This document shows, piece after piece, positions 56,847 through 64,000 of a stretch of DNA of 64,000 bases; position 1 is the first letter of the stretch; each line of letters begins with the position of its first letter. The notes beneath the pieces are model-generated. The model was not told the origin of the DNA, searched no databases, and saw nothing but the letters and a program-made list of their open reading frames with translations. A program made the position numbers and the translations under genes. The stretch covers positions 276,083 to 340,082 of the forward strand of contig CAVOHU010000006.1 in the NCBI GenBank assembly GCA_963695795.1, given 5' to 3'. This DNA is from an uncultured Acidobacteriota bacterium. Lineage in GTDB: Bacteria > Acidobacteriota > Vicinamibacteria > Vicinamibacterales > JAKQTR01.

Positions 56847-59270
56847 TCAGGGCACGATGACGACGACCTCATTCGATGGCGGGCTGATCCCGCACGCGTT
56901 CGTCGCGCGGACCCTGAAGAAGTAGGTGCGCGGCGCGAAGGCGCTCGAGTGGTATGACGGCGTCGTGCCGCCCAGGTCCTGCGCCAGGAGGTCGGAGAGC
57001 CCGGGAGCCGACCCGGCCTCCACCAGATACGACGTGGCCGCCCGGGTTCGGTCGCCAGTCGGCGTCCAGACGAGCGACACCGTGTCAGGCGACCCGGCAT
57101 CAATCATCAGCCCGGTCGGCGCACTCGGTGGCCCGGCGCATTGCACGGTCTGGATCCTGATGTCCCTCGACTCCGGGCCCGTGCCTGCGCCGTTGACCGC
57201 ACGTATTCGGGCGAAGAACACGGGCGCGAACGCGGACACCGAAATGGACGTCACCGCTCCCTGCGTTTCGAGGTTTCCGAGATTGGTCGCTCCTGCAGTC
57301 GATCCGAACGTGATCACGTAGGAGGTCGGGAGACCGCCATCGACGGGAGGGGACCACTGCAGGTTGACGATGCTCCCCGACGTCGAGGCGCGGAACCCGA
57401 ATGGCGCGCCGGGAGGTACGGCTGGAAGTGGCCGCACCGACAAGACAATCTCGTTCGACGGCCCGCTCGTGCCCGCAGTGTTGACCGCGCGCACGCGCAG
57501 GAAGTAGGTGCCCACCGCGAGGCCACTTGTCGTGAACTGGGGTGCCGGTCCGGCGGTCGGCACACTCGCGATGTCGGCAAGGCCTCGCGCGGTGCCCTCC
57601 TCGACGATGTAGTTGGTCGGCGCCGCGCTGCCGAACGGCGGCCTCCACGTCAACGCGATCGTGGATCCACTCGCCCGCCCCTCGAGGCCGCTCGGCGCGC
57701 CGGGGGACCTCAGAGTCGGCTGGCCGACAGTCAACGTCGCGGGGGCGGTGGTCGCCGAACCGCTCATGTTCGAAAACACGGCTCGGAGCAGCTTCCCTGA
57801 GTCGCCGGCCTCGGCCGGGATTCTGAGCGACAGCGCAGTCTGTCCCAGGATGTCGATCCAGGACAGCCCGCCGTTGATGCTCTCCTGCCAGATCGCCGCC
57901 GGTACAGGGATGCCACTGACCTCCGCCGTGAAGGTCGCGATCTCACCAGCGAGCACGCTCTGGTCAGCCGGCTGCCGGACAACGACGGGAGCGGCGGCGT
58001 CGGTGCGGTCCAGCCTCAGCAGCCTCCCGTTGAAGTCGACGATGAGCAACTCGCCGTTCGCGTCGACGTCGATCGCGACAGGCATGCCAACCGCCGAATC
58101 CAGGGCCGCGGTGTGATCGATCCAGTCGACAGCGATCTCCTGCGCGCCAGAAGTGCCAAGGCCCAGTGACATCAGTCGACCTGAGGCGAAGTCGGCGAAC
58201 ACATAGCGGCCGGCGAATTCGGTTCCGAGGACCTTCCCCCGGTAGACGTAGCCGCCAACGACCGTGCCTCCGATGTTCCGGTCGTAGTCATAAATGGGAA
58301 AGGTCAGCGGCTCGTACGCCGGGGGCGGATTCGGTCCGGCGCCTCCCGGGAGGTTCCCTTCGAAATTGCGCCAGCCGTAGTTGAGCGCGCCGAGTCCCGG
58401 CGGCTGGTAGTCGATCTCCTCCCGGGCGGACTGGCCCACGTCGCCGATGAGGAGTGCACCGGTGCCGCCCAGCCGGGGATCGTCGAAGCTGAACTTCCAC
58501 GGGTTACGCAGGCCCACCGCCCACAGCTCCTCGAGCGCCGGGATCACACTCGGACGGGCGAAGGGATTGTCGGCCGGAATCCGATAGCCGCGCGGATCGG
58601 TGTCCGGGACGCCGACGTCGATGCGCAGCATCTTCCCGAGCAGCGTCTGCAGGTTCTGCGCGTTGGCGAACGGATCGTTTCCGGCTCCTCCGTCGCCCAG
58701 ACCCACGTACAAATACCCATCCGGGCCGAACCTGAGTGTGCCGCCCCGGTGGTTGGTGAACGGCGTCACGATGAACGGGTTGGCCCTCGGCCAGATCAGA
58801 TCGAATCGAGATGCCGGATCGGCCACGAGCGGATTCGCAGCTGACCGCTCGAAACGCGCGATCACGGTTCGATCCATGAGATCGGTGAAATGGATGAAGA
58901 ACCTCCTCGACGCCGCAGCGTCGGGCGGGAACGCCAGGCCGAGCAGTCCGCCCTCACCGTTCATCGAGACGAGCGGCGTGATGTCGAGCAGCGGCGTCAT
59001 CACCAGCACGCCGTGAACGACCGGGAGTATGGTCCCCGCACGAAGCACAATGAACTGGACGCCCGAGTCGGTCGGATCCTGAATCACCGCCACGGGTTGA
59101 GACAGCCCGGAGGCGATCACGGTCAACCGGAGCTGTCCGAATGCGGGCTCCGATGCCGCCACGAGGACGAGCATCAACGCGCAAGCGAGACGAACGGCTC
59201 CGGAGCGAACGCCCTGTCCGCCCCTCTCACGCCTGGGCACGAACGGCGGCGCGGCAAATGGCTGTTGCAT
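56847..59270 (-). CDS. PQQ-dependent sugar dehydrogenase (soluble glucose/sorbosone dehydrogenase beta-propeller) with Ig-like domain and three FN3 repeats
   Basis: ATG 59270 gives MQQPF...LMLVLVAASEPAFGQ (signal). GSDH motifs: GLLGLAFPPD, HRGGTLRFGPDGYLYVGLGDGG, GLRNPWKFSFD and IGDVGQSAREEI. Three ~90-aa FN3-like repeats end in RVRAVNTAG, RIRAVNGAG and RVRATNACG. Confidence 0.8.
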   Translation of the reverse strand: MQQPFAAPPFVPRRERGGQGVRSGAVRLACALMLVLVAASEPAFGQLRLTVIASGLSQPVAVIQDPTDSGVQFIVLRAGTILPVVHGVLVMTPLLDITPLVSMNGEGGLLGLAFPPDAAASRRFFIHFTDLMDRTVIARFERSAANPLVADPASRFDLIWPRANPFIVTPFTNHRGGTLRFGPDGYLYVGLGDGGAGNDPFANAQNLQTLLGKMLRIDVGVPDTDPRGYRIPADNPFARPSVIPALEELWAVGLRNPWKFSFDDPRLGGTGALLIGDVGQSAREEIDYQPPGLGALNYGWRNFEGNLPGGAGPNPPPAYEPLTFPIYDYDRNIGGTVVGGYVYRGKVLGTEFAGRYVFADFASGRLMSLGLGTSGAQEIAVDWIDHTAALDSAVGMPVAIDVDANGELLIVDFNGRLLRLDRTDAAAPVVVRQPADQSVLAGEIATFTAEVSGIPVPAAIWQESINGGLSWIDILGQTALSLRIPAEAGDSGKLLRAVFSNMSGSATTAPATLTVGQPTLRSPGAPSGLEGRASGSTIALTWRPPFGSAAPTNYIVEEGTARGLADIASVPTAGPAPQFTTSGLAVGTYFLRVRAVNTAGTSGPSNEIVLSVRPLPAVPPGAPFGFRASTSGSIVNLQWSPPVDGGLPTSYVITFGSTAGATNLGNLETQGAVTSISVSAFAPVFFARIRAVNGAGTGPESRDIRIQTVQCAGPPSAPTGLMIDAGSPDTVSLVWTPTGDRTRAATSYLVEAGSAPGLSDLLAQDLGGTTPSYHSSAFAPRTYFFRVRATNACGISPPSNEVVVIVP

Positions 59271-59517
59271 CGAGCTCTTCCGGGCCGTTCGACGACAAAT
59301 CGAGGCAGCCCGCCCTCCATGTCCGGATCGGGATGATTTCCTAGCAGAATAACATGGGAAGCCGAGTGGGGGACTGGACGGGTTCCGGCGGGATTCGAGG
59401 AAGCGAAGCGCTGGGTCTCTTGACGATGCCGGCCCGGCGTCGTCGGCGGCGTGGTCGCTCTGAACGCGAAGCGGCCCCGATGGGCGTTGACTCATCCCAC
59501 CGGGGCCGTCAGATCAG

Positions 59518-59594
59518 TGGTCGGGATGGCGAGATTCGAACTCGCGACCCCCTGAACCCCATTCAGGTGCGCTACCAAGCTGCGCTACATCCCG
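59518..59594 (-). tRNA. tRNA-Pro (anticodon GGG), CCA encoded
   Basis: The minus strand reads CGGGATGTAGCGCAGCTTGGTAGCGCACCTGAATGGGGTTCAGGGGGTCGCGAGTTCGAATCTCGCCATCCCGACCA. Acceptor is CGGGATG/CATCCCG, the anticodon stem-loop is CCTGA-ATGGGGT-TCAGG, and the T-loop is GTTCGAATC. Confidence 0.9.
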
Positions 59595-59631
59595 TGCTCC
59601 TGATTCTATCGCGACTTCGCGCCCGCGCGCA

Positions 59632-60147
59632 TCATCGACGCGGGTCTGCCCCCGTGTTGCGGTCGGGGCCTCTCGTGGCGCCGGTCCTCACGCGTCGCGG
59701 CTCATCGCCGATCTCGGCGGCTTCCGAGTCCTGCATCGGCAATTCGGCCTGTGTGCCTGGTTTCTGGACTCTCTGGCCACCCGGGTGGGCCGCCAGCAGA
59801 TCGCGCAGCGCGCGAAGCTCCCGCGTGATGGCCCTCAGTCGTTCTCGCGTCCGGTGGTCAAACGACGCATCGGCCGGCGTGCTCTCCGGTTCGGGCGGCG
59901 ACTCGGCCTCGATCCGCCGCCTGGCCCCTGAGAGTGTCAGCCCTTCGCCGAACACGAGCGCCTTGATCCGCAGAACCAGCTCGACATCGCTGCGGCGATA
60001 CGTCCGCGCCGCACCAGTGGCCACGCCGAGTCGAGAGAATTCCTTCTCCCACGTGCGCAGCACGTAGGGCTGAACCTCGGCGAGCTCGCAGACCTCGGCG
60101 GGCTTGAAGAACTCCCGATCAGGGATTTCGGTGTGCGTCTCGGACAC
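59632..60147 (-). CDS. MerR-family transcriptional regulator
   Basis: 171 aa with the N-terminal HTH FFKPAEVCELAEVQPYVLRTWEKEF...RTYRRSDVELVLRIKALVFGEGLTLSGARRRI, typical of MerR/CarH-like regulators. Confidence 0.8.
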   Translation of the reverse strand: MSETHTEIPDREFFKPAEVCELAEVQPYVLRTWEKEFSRLGVATGAARTYRRSDVELVLRIKALVFGEGLTLSGARRRIEAESPPEPESTPADASFDHRTRERLRAITRELRALRDLLAAHPGGQRVQKPGTQAELPMQDSEAAEIGDEPRRVRTGATRGPDRNTGADPRR

Positions 60148-60165
60148 AGGCGGCTCGGCAGTATT

Positions 60166-61644
60166 CTACTTGCCCTTCCTTCGGCGCGCACGGACCTCGA
60201 TGCGGATTGGCGACCCGAGAAGTCCGAACGCCTCGCGAAGCTGGTTCACCAGGAACCGCTCGTACGAGAAATGGAAGGTCGTCGCGACGTTGGTAAAGAA
60301 AACGAAGGTCGGCGGCGCGACCGAGGTTTGCGTTGCGTAGAGAATTCGGAGTTCCCGGCGTCCAGGGCTCGGAGGCGGGTGGCGCGCGGTTGTCGCCGCC
60401 ACGAAGTCGTTGAGCTCCGAGGTGCCCACGCGCGTTCGGCGGGCGGCCGCCACCCGATCGACCGTGTCCAGCAGCTTCGGCACGCGCTCCCCGGTCCGCG
60501 CCGACACGTGGACGAGCGGCGCGAAGTCGAGGAACTTCATCTTGCGGGCAACTTCCTCGTCGAATGTCCGCGCGACATCGGGCCCGTCCTTCACCAGGTC
60601 CCACTTGTTCACCGCGAGAACCAGGCCGCGGCCAGAACGCGCGGCCTCGCCCGCGATGGCCGAGTCCTGATCGGTCGGTCCTTCGACGGCGTCGATCACG
60701 ATGACCGCCACATCGGCGCGCTCGATGGCACGCCTGGCCTGCAGCACGCTGACCGCCTCGACGCCGCCCGATCCGGCCACACGGCCCGGCCGGCGGATAC
60801 CGGCGGTGTCGACGATTCGATACTGCCTGCGAAGACGCTGAAACACGACGTCGATCGCGTCTCTCGTCGTGCCGGGCATGTCGCTGACGAGCACGCGCTC
60901 TTCGCGGAGGATCCGGTTGACGAGCGACGACTTCCCGACATTCGGCCGTCCGACAATCGCCACACGAATCTCGCGCGGCTCCGCGTGGTGCTCGGCCGGC
61001 TCACCGGCCGGAGTCGGCGCCTCTGGCGCGAGGCCCGTTCGGGCTATCTGCTCGGAGGCGGGGGATTCCAGCCTGCCTGATGCCCGGGCGCTTTCGGTCG
61101 GAAGCCCGGCGATCACGAGATCCAGGAGATCGCCGATGCCCACACCGTGCTCGGCCGACACTTCAACGACGCGCTCGAAGCCCAGCTTGTGGAATTCAGG
61201 CCCTGAAGTCTTCGATCGCCGATCGTCGATCTTGTTGATGACGAGGATCGCCGGTCTTCCAGTCGCGCGCACTGCGGCGGCCACCTCCTCGTCGGGCGGA
61301 ATGAAACCGTCAGCGCCGTCGACCAGGAAGAGAATCAGGTCGGCCTGTTCGAGCGCCCGCTTGCCGTGCTCGAAGACGAGCACGTGAAGCGGATCCTGGC
61401 TGCCCCCGAACATGCCGCCGGTGTCGACCAGGTCGAACGTGTGACCGAGCCAGTGAGCCGGCTCGGAATGGACATCACGGGTGGTCCCTGGCAGCGGACC
61501 CACGATCGCGCGCCGCGTCCGAGCCATGCGGTTGAAGAGGGTGGACTTTCCGACATTCGGGCGGCCCACGAGCACGACAACAGGTGGTTTCCGCTTCACG
61601 GGGTGGCCTGAAGGCGGAAGGTCAGTCGAGACATCAGGGTCCAC
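60166..61644 (-). CDS. der: Ribosome-associated GTPase Der (EngA), tandem GTPase domains plus KH-like domain
   Basis: Two G domains (GRPNVGKSTLFN...DTGG...NKID; GRPNVGKSSLVN...DTAG...NKWD) with an unusually long linker between them, and a C-terminal KH-like domain. Confidence 0.93.
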   Translation of the reverse strand: MDPDVSTDLPPSGHPVKRKPPVVVLVGRPNVGKSTLFNRMARTRRAIVGPLPGTTRDVHSEPAHWLGHTFDLVDTGGMFGGSQDPLHVLVFEHGKRALEQADLILFLVDGADGFIPPDEEVAAAVRATGRPAILVINKIDDRRSKTSGPEFHKLGFERVVEVSAEHGVGIGDLLDLVIAGLPTESARASGRLESPASEQIARTGLAPEAPTPAGEPAEHHAEPREIRVAIVGRPNVGKSSLVNRILREERVLVSDMPGTTRDAIDVVFQRLRRQYRIVDTAGIRRPGRVAGSGGVEAVSVLQARRAIERADVAVIVIDAVEGPTDQDSAIAGEAARSGRGLVLAVNKWDLVKDGPDVARTFDEEVARKMKFLDFAPLVHVSARTGERVPKLLDTVDRVAAARRTRVGTSELNDFVAATTARHPPPSPGRRELRILYATQTSVAPPTFVFFTNVATTFHFSYERFLVNQLREAFGLLGSPIRIEVRARRRKGK

Positions 61645-61784
61645 ATCTTACCAAGGGACCGGTCACTCCAGCCGCGGGACGAGCCCGTGAATCCCCAGAT
61701 TCGCCGCCCGAGCCCCGCTCGGATCACCCCGTAATCCCCGCCAAATCACGCTGCTGGCCCTTCCCTGCCCACGTGCCGTCAGGC

Positions 61785-61813
61785 TTGACAGTGTAAGTGC
61801 TTATTTCTATAGT
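61785..61813 (+). promoter_or_regulatory. Near-consensus sigma70 promoter for the HU/IHF-like gene
   Basis: TTGACA (61785-61790), a 17-nt spacer, then TATAGT (61808-61813). It is followed by the inverted repeat TAGTT-N3-AACTA and the RBS GAGGAG, before ATG 61845. Confidence 0.5.
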
Positions 61814-61844
61814 AGTTAGCAACTATCTGAGGAGCTCGCCCGGC

Positions 61845-62114
61845 ATGATCAAGGTCGACATCGTCAACGAGGTCTCACGCACCGCCGAGATTACCAAGGT
61901 CAAAGCCGAGGTCGCGGTCGAGGCTGTCTTCGACGCGATGCGCCTCTCGATGCAGCGCGGGGAACGAATCGAGCTGCGGGGTTTCGGCGTCTTCCAGGTG
62001 AAACCCAGAAAACGGGGAATCGGCCGTAACCCTCGGACCGGCAAGGAGGTACGCATTCCACCTGGCCGGACAATCCGCTTCAAGCCGGGCAAAGACCTCC
62101 AGAGCATCGGCTGA
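61845..62114 (+). CDS. HU/IHF-family DNA-binding protein (IHF-like)
   Basis: 89 aa: MIKVDIVNEVSRTAEITKVKAEVAVEAVFDAM...IELRGFGVFQVKPRKRGIGRNPRTGKEVRIPPGRTIRFKPGKDL, the canonical HU/IHF arm. Confidence 0.88.
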   Translation: MIKVDIVNEVSRTAEITKVKAEVAVEAVFDAMRLSMQRGERIELRGFGVFQVKPRKRGIGRNPRTGKEVRIPPGRTIRFKPGKDLQSIG

Positions 62115-62198
62115 TTCCCATCCGAACTCGCGCGAGAGGCGCGCGTGTCCACACAGACTGCGATGTCCGGTCGTCGCTGAATCGGAGTCGATCCCCAG

Positions 62199-63245
62199 TT
62201 GGCCGAAGATCGTTCGGTCGTTCCCTCTGTGAGCCCCGCAGCCGGGCTGCCGGAATCGGGCGCCAGGGCTGCAGGCGATCTGCCGGATCGCTCCGGCGAG
62301 ATGAGTCCAGAACTCGTTGAAGGCGAACTCCTTGCGAGCGCGCGGGCCCGGCACAAGGAGCGCGTCTGGCGCAACGTCGCCTTGCTGGCGGCCACCCTGC
62401 TGACCACGCTCTACGCGGGCATGGAACATTGGCTCGCGTTCGAGTCGCGATTCGGGGCCATCACTCCCCCGCTCGAGTGGCCGGGCCTGATCTGGAGCGG
62501 CCTCTGGTACTCGCTGACGATTCTGGCCATCCTCGGCGCTCACGAAGCGGGACACTATCTGGCCTGCCGCTACTACGGCATCGCGGCCTCGCTCCCCTAT
62601 TTTCTACCCGCTCCGCCGAACATCTTCATGGCCGGGACCTTTGGCGCGTTCATCCGCATCCGGGAGCCAATCCGCACCAAGGGCATGCTCTTCGACATGG
62701 GCGCGGCCGGCCCGTTCGCCGGATTCCTGGTCGCGGTGCCCGCGCTCGTCATCGGCGTGTCGCTGTCGAATGTGGCCCGGCTCCCGTCGAACTTCTCGGG
62801 CCTCGAGCTGGGCGAGCCGCTGCTCTTCAAGGTGGTGACCTCGCTCGTCACGGGTCCCGTGCCGGATGGTTATGCGCTCAACCTCCACCCGATGGCCTTC
62901 GCCGCGTGGTTCGGTCTGCTGGTCACCGCGTTGAACCTCATTCCGATTGGGCAGTTCGACGGCGGGCACATCTCCTACGCCGTCCTCGGTCGGCGCGCCA
63001 TCTGGGCGACGCGCGCCGCGGTTCTCGCGGCCGTCGGTCTGTGCTTCTACTCGCTGAGCTGGGTGCTGTGGACGGTCCTGGCGCTTGGGTTGCTGAAGGT
63101 GTTTGGCTGGCGCCATCCGCCTTCCGCTGATGAAGACGTTCCCCTCGATCCGGTGCGGCGCTGGCTCGCGGTGGCGGCATTGCTGGTTTTCATCCTCTGC
63201 TTCACGCCGGCGCCGATCGAACCGCTGGAGCTCATCGGAAAGTAG
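62199..63245 (+). CDS. M50-family site-2 protease-like membrane metalloprotease
   Basis: HEAGHYLACRYYG (HExxH in a TM helix), multiple TM segments, and a downstream NLIPIGQFDGGH motif. The start is uncertain (TTG 62199 or ATG 62301). Confidence 0.75.
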   Translation: MAEDRSVVPSVSPAAGLPESGARAAGDLPDRSGEMSPELVEGELLASARARHKERVWRNVALLAATLLTTLYAGMEHWLAFESRFGAITPPLEWPGLIWSGLWYSLTILAILGAHEAGHYLACRYYGIAASLPYFLPAPPNIFMAGTFGAFIRIREPIRTKGMLFDMGAAGPFAGFLVAVPALVIGVSLSNVARLPSNFSGLELGEPLLFKVVTSLVTGPVPDGYALNLHPMAFAAWFGLLVTALNLIPIGQFDGGHISYAVLGRRAIWATRAAVLAAVGLCFYSLSWVLWTVLALGLLKVFGWRHPPSADEDVPLDPVRRWLAVAALLVFILCFTPAPIEPLELIGK

Positions 63246-63291
63246 CGCCATGTCCGCCCGCGCTTCCCCGCGCGGCGTTCCCGCCCGTTCC

Positions 63292-64000
63292 TCACAGCAC
63301 CGTGAGCGGATCGACGTCGATCGTGATGCGCCGCCGCAGATCGGTCCTCTTCGCCACCGCGTCCATCACGGCCTCCCGCATCGCCACCCGCCTCGCGGGA
63401 CGTCCTTTCACGAACAGCTGAGCTCGATGTTCTCCGCGCAACCTGGTCAGCGGTGCGGGTGCAGGACCGAGTACCGTGAACGCCCCGCGACTTCCGCTTT
63501 CCGCGGCAACCAGCCGCGCGATGTCGCGTGCGGCGTCCATGGCGCTCGCGTGGCTCGCGCCCTTGACCACGATGTTGATCAGCGCGAACTCCGGCGGGTA
63601 TCTCATCGCGCGGCGAAACGCCGCCTCTGCCTCCGCGAATGCCGCGTAGTCCTGCCTCGCGGCGAGCGCGATGCTGTAGTGCTCGGGGCACAGGCTCTGT
63701 ACGATCGCGTCTCCCGCGATGTCGCCCCTGCCGGCCCGGCCGATGACCTGGGTGAGGAGTTGGAAGGTCCGCTCCGCCGCCCTGAAATCCGCCAGCCCGA
63801 GGCCGACATCAGCCGACACGACGCCGACCAGGGTCACGCGCGGAAAATCATGCCCCTTTGCAATCATCTGCGTGCCGACCAGCACGTCGATCTCACCTCG
63901 GCCGAGCCGGCCGAGCAAGCCCGTGACCGCCCCGCGCCGCCGGGCACTGTCTCGATCGAGCCGCGCGATGCGCGCGGCCGGAAACGCCTCGGAGATCTCC
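63292..64000 (-). CDS. priA: Primosomal protein N' (PriA helicase), C-terminal part; gene continues beyond the window edge
   Basis: ARLDRDSARRRGAV...GEIDVLVGTQMIAKGHDFPRVTLVGVVSADVGL...RAAERTFQLLTQVIGRAGR are helicase C-terminal motifs. The reading frame is open to position 64000. Confidence 0.8.
   Translation of the reverse strand, partial: EISEAFPAARIARLDRDSARRRGAVTGLLGRLGRGEIDVLVGTQMIAKGHDFPRVTLVGVVSADVGLGLADFRAAERTFQLLTQVIGRAGRGDIAGDAIVQSLCPEHYSIALAARQDYAAFAEAEAAFRRAMRYPPEFALINIVVKGASHASAMDAARDIARLVAAESGSRGAFTVLGPAPAPLTRLRGEHRAQLFVKGRPARRVAMREAVMDAVAKRTDLRRRITIDVDPLTVL

Noticed and set aside
1-64000. CRISPR arrays, transposases/IS elements, integrases, prophage or defence-island genes, including around the two tRNA genes
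   Set aside because: I saw no regularly spaced direct repeats and no DDE/tyrosine/serine recombinase-like ORFs. The tRNA-Phe and tRNA-Pro flanks contain ordinary housekeeping genes with no visible duplicated tRNA 3' ends.

Overview
Very GC-rich (by eye about two thirds G+C or more) bacterial chromosomal segment, densely coding on both strands, with many 4-nt start/stop overlaps (ATGA/GTGA). Gene content (VWFA-type lipoprotein, FN3-decorated PQQ sugar dehydrogenase, many GT-C/GT4 envelope genes) is compatible with an Acidobacteriota-like soil bacterium, but I cannot verify taxonomy. Layout: (1) ttcA, then a ~14-kb envelope glycosylation island at 831-15011 (3 GT4, 1 GT2, 2 GT-C-like membrane proteins, LbH acyltransferase, epimerase, methyltransferase, and a radical SAM gene sandwiched between two UPF0104 flippase-like paralogs). 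(2) OM beta-barrel, suhB, an RsbW-like kinase and aroA-aroK-phosphoesterase. (3) Two convergent hybrid histidine kinases. (4) A 7.3-kb System I cytochrome c maturation operon, ccmE-ccmF-X-Y-ccmA-B-C-D plus a 56-aa ORF, with a Cys-type (CxxxY) CcmE, no ccmG/ccmH, and two unknown embedded genes. (5) A four-gene flavin/Fe-S oxidoreductase cluster (NuoE-like, NuoF::GltD fusion, 2Fe-2S/4Fe-4S protein, GltB-like FMN protein) next to a GAF/PEP-binding protein. (6) Housekeeping: maf, DUF721, hbd, ydjM-like, recA, tRNA-Phe, RRM protein, PPIase, M28 peptidase, PLP enzyme, ferredoxin, HExxH protein, VWA lipoprotein, sugar dehydrogenase, tRNA-Pro, MerR, der, HU/IHF, M50 protease, priA (partial). I found no rRNA, CRISPR array, transposase, integrase or phage genes. 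Main caveat and oddity: homology-guided reading shows at least 19 single-base frame disruptions. Thirteen sit in 2.3 kb (37197-39511) and six are scattered in otherwise intact operons. The reconstructed proteins have no internal stops, so assembly or sequencing error is at least as likely as real pseudogenes. The most interesting candidates are the two uncharacterised ccm-embedded genes, the rSAM/UPF0104 trio, and the NuoE/NuoF-GltD/GltB-like module. None can be called a new system from sequence inspection alone.
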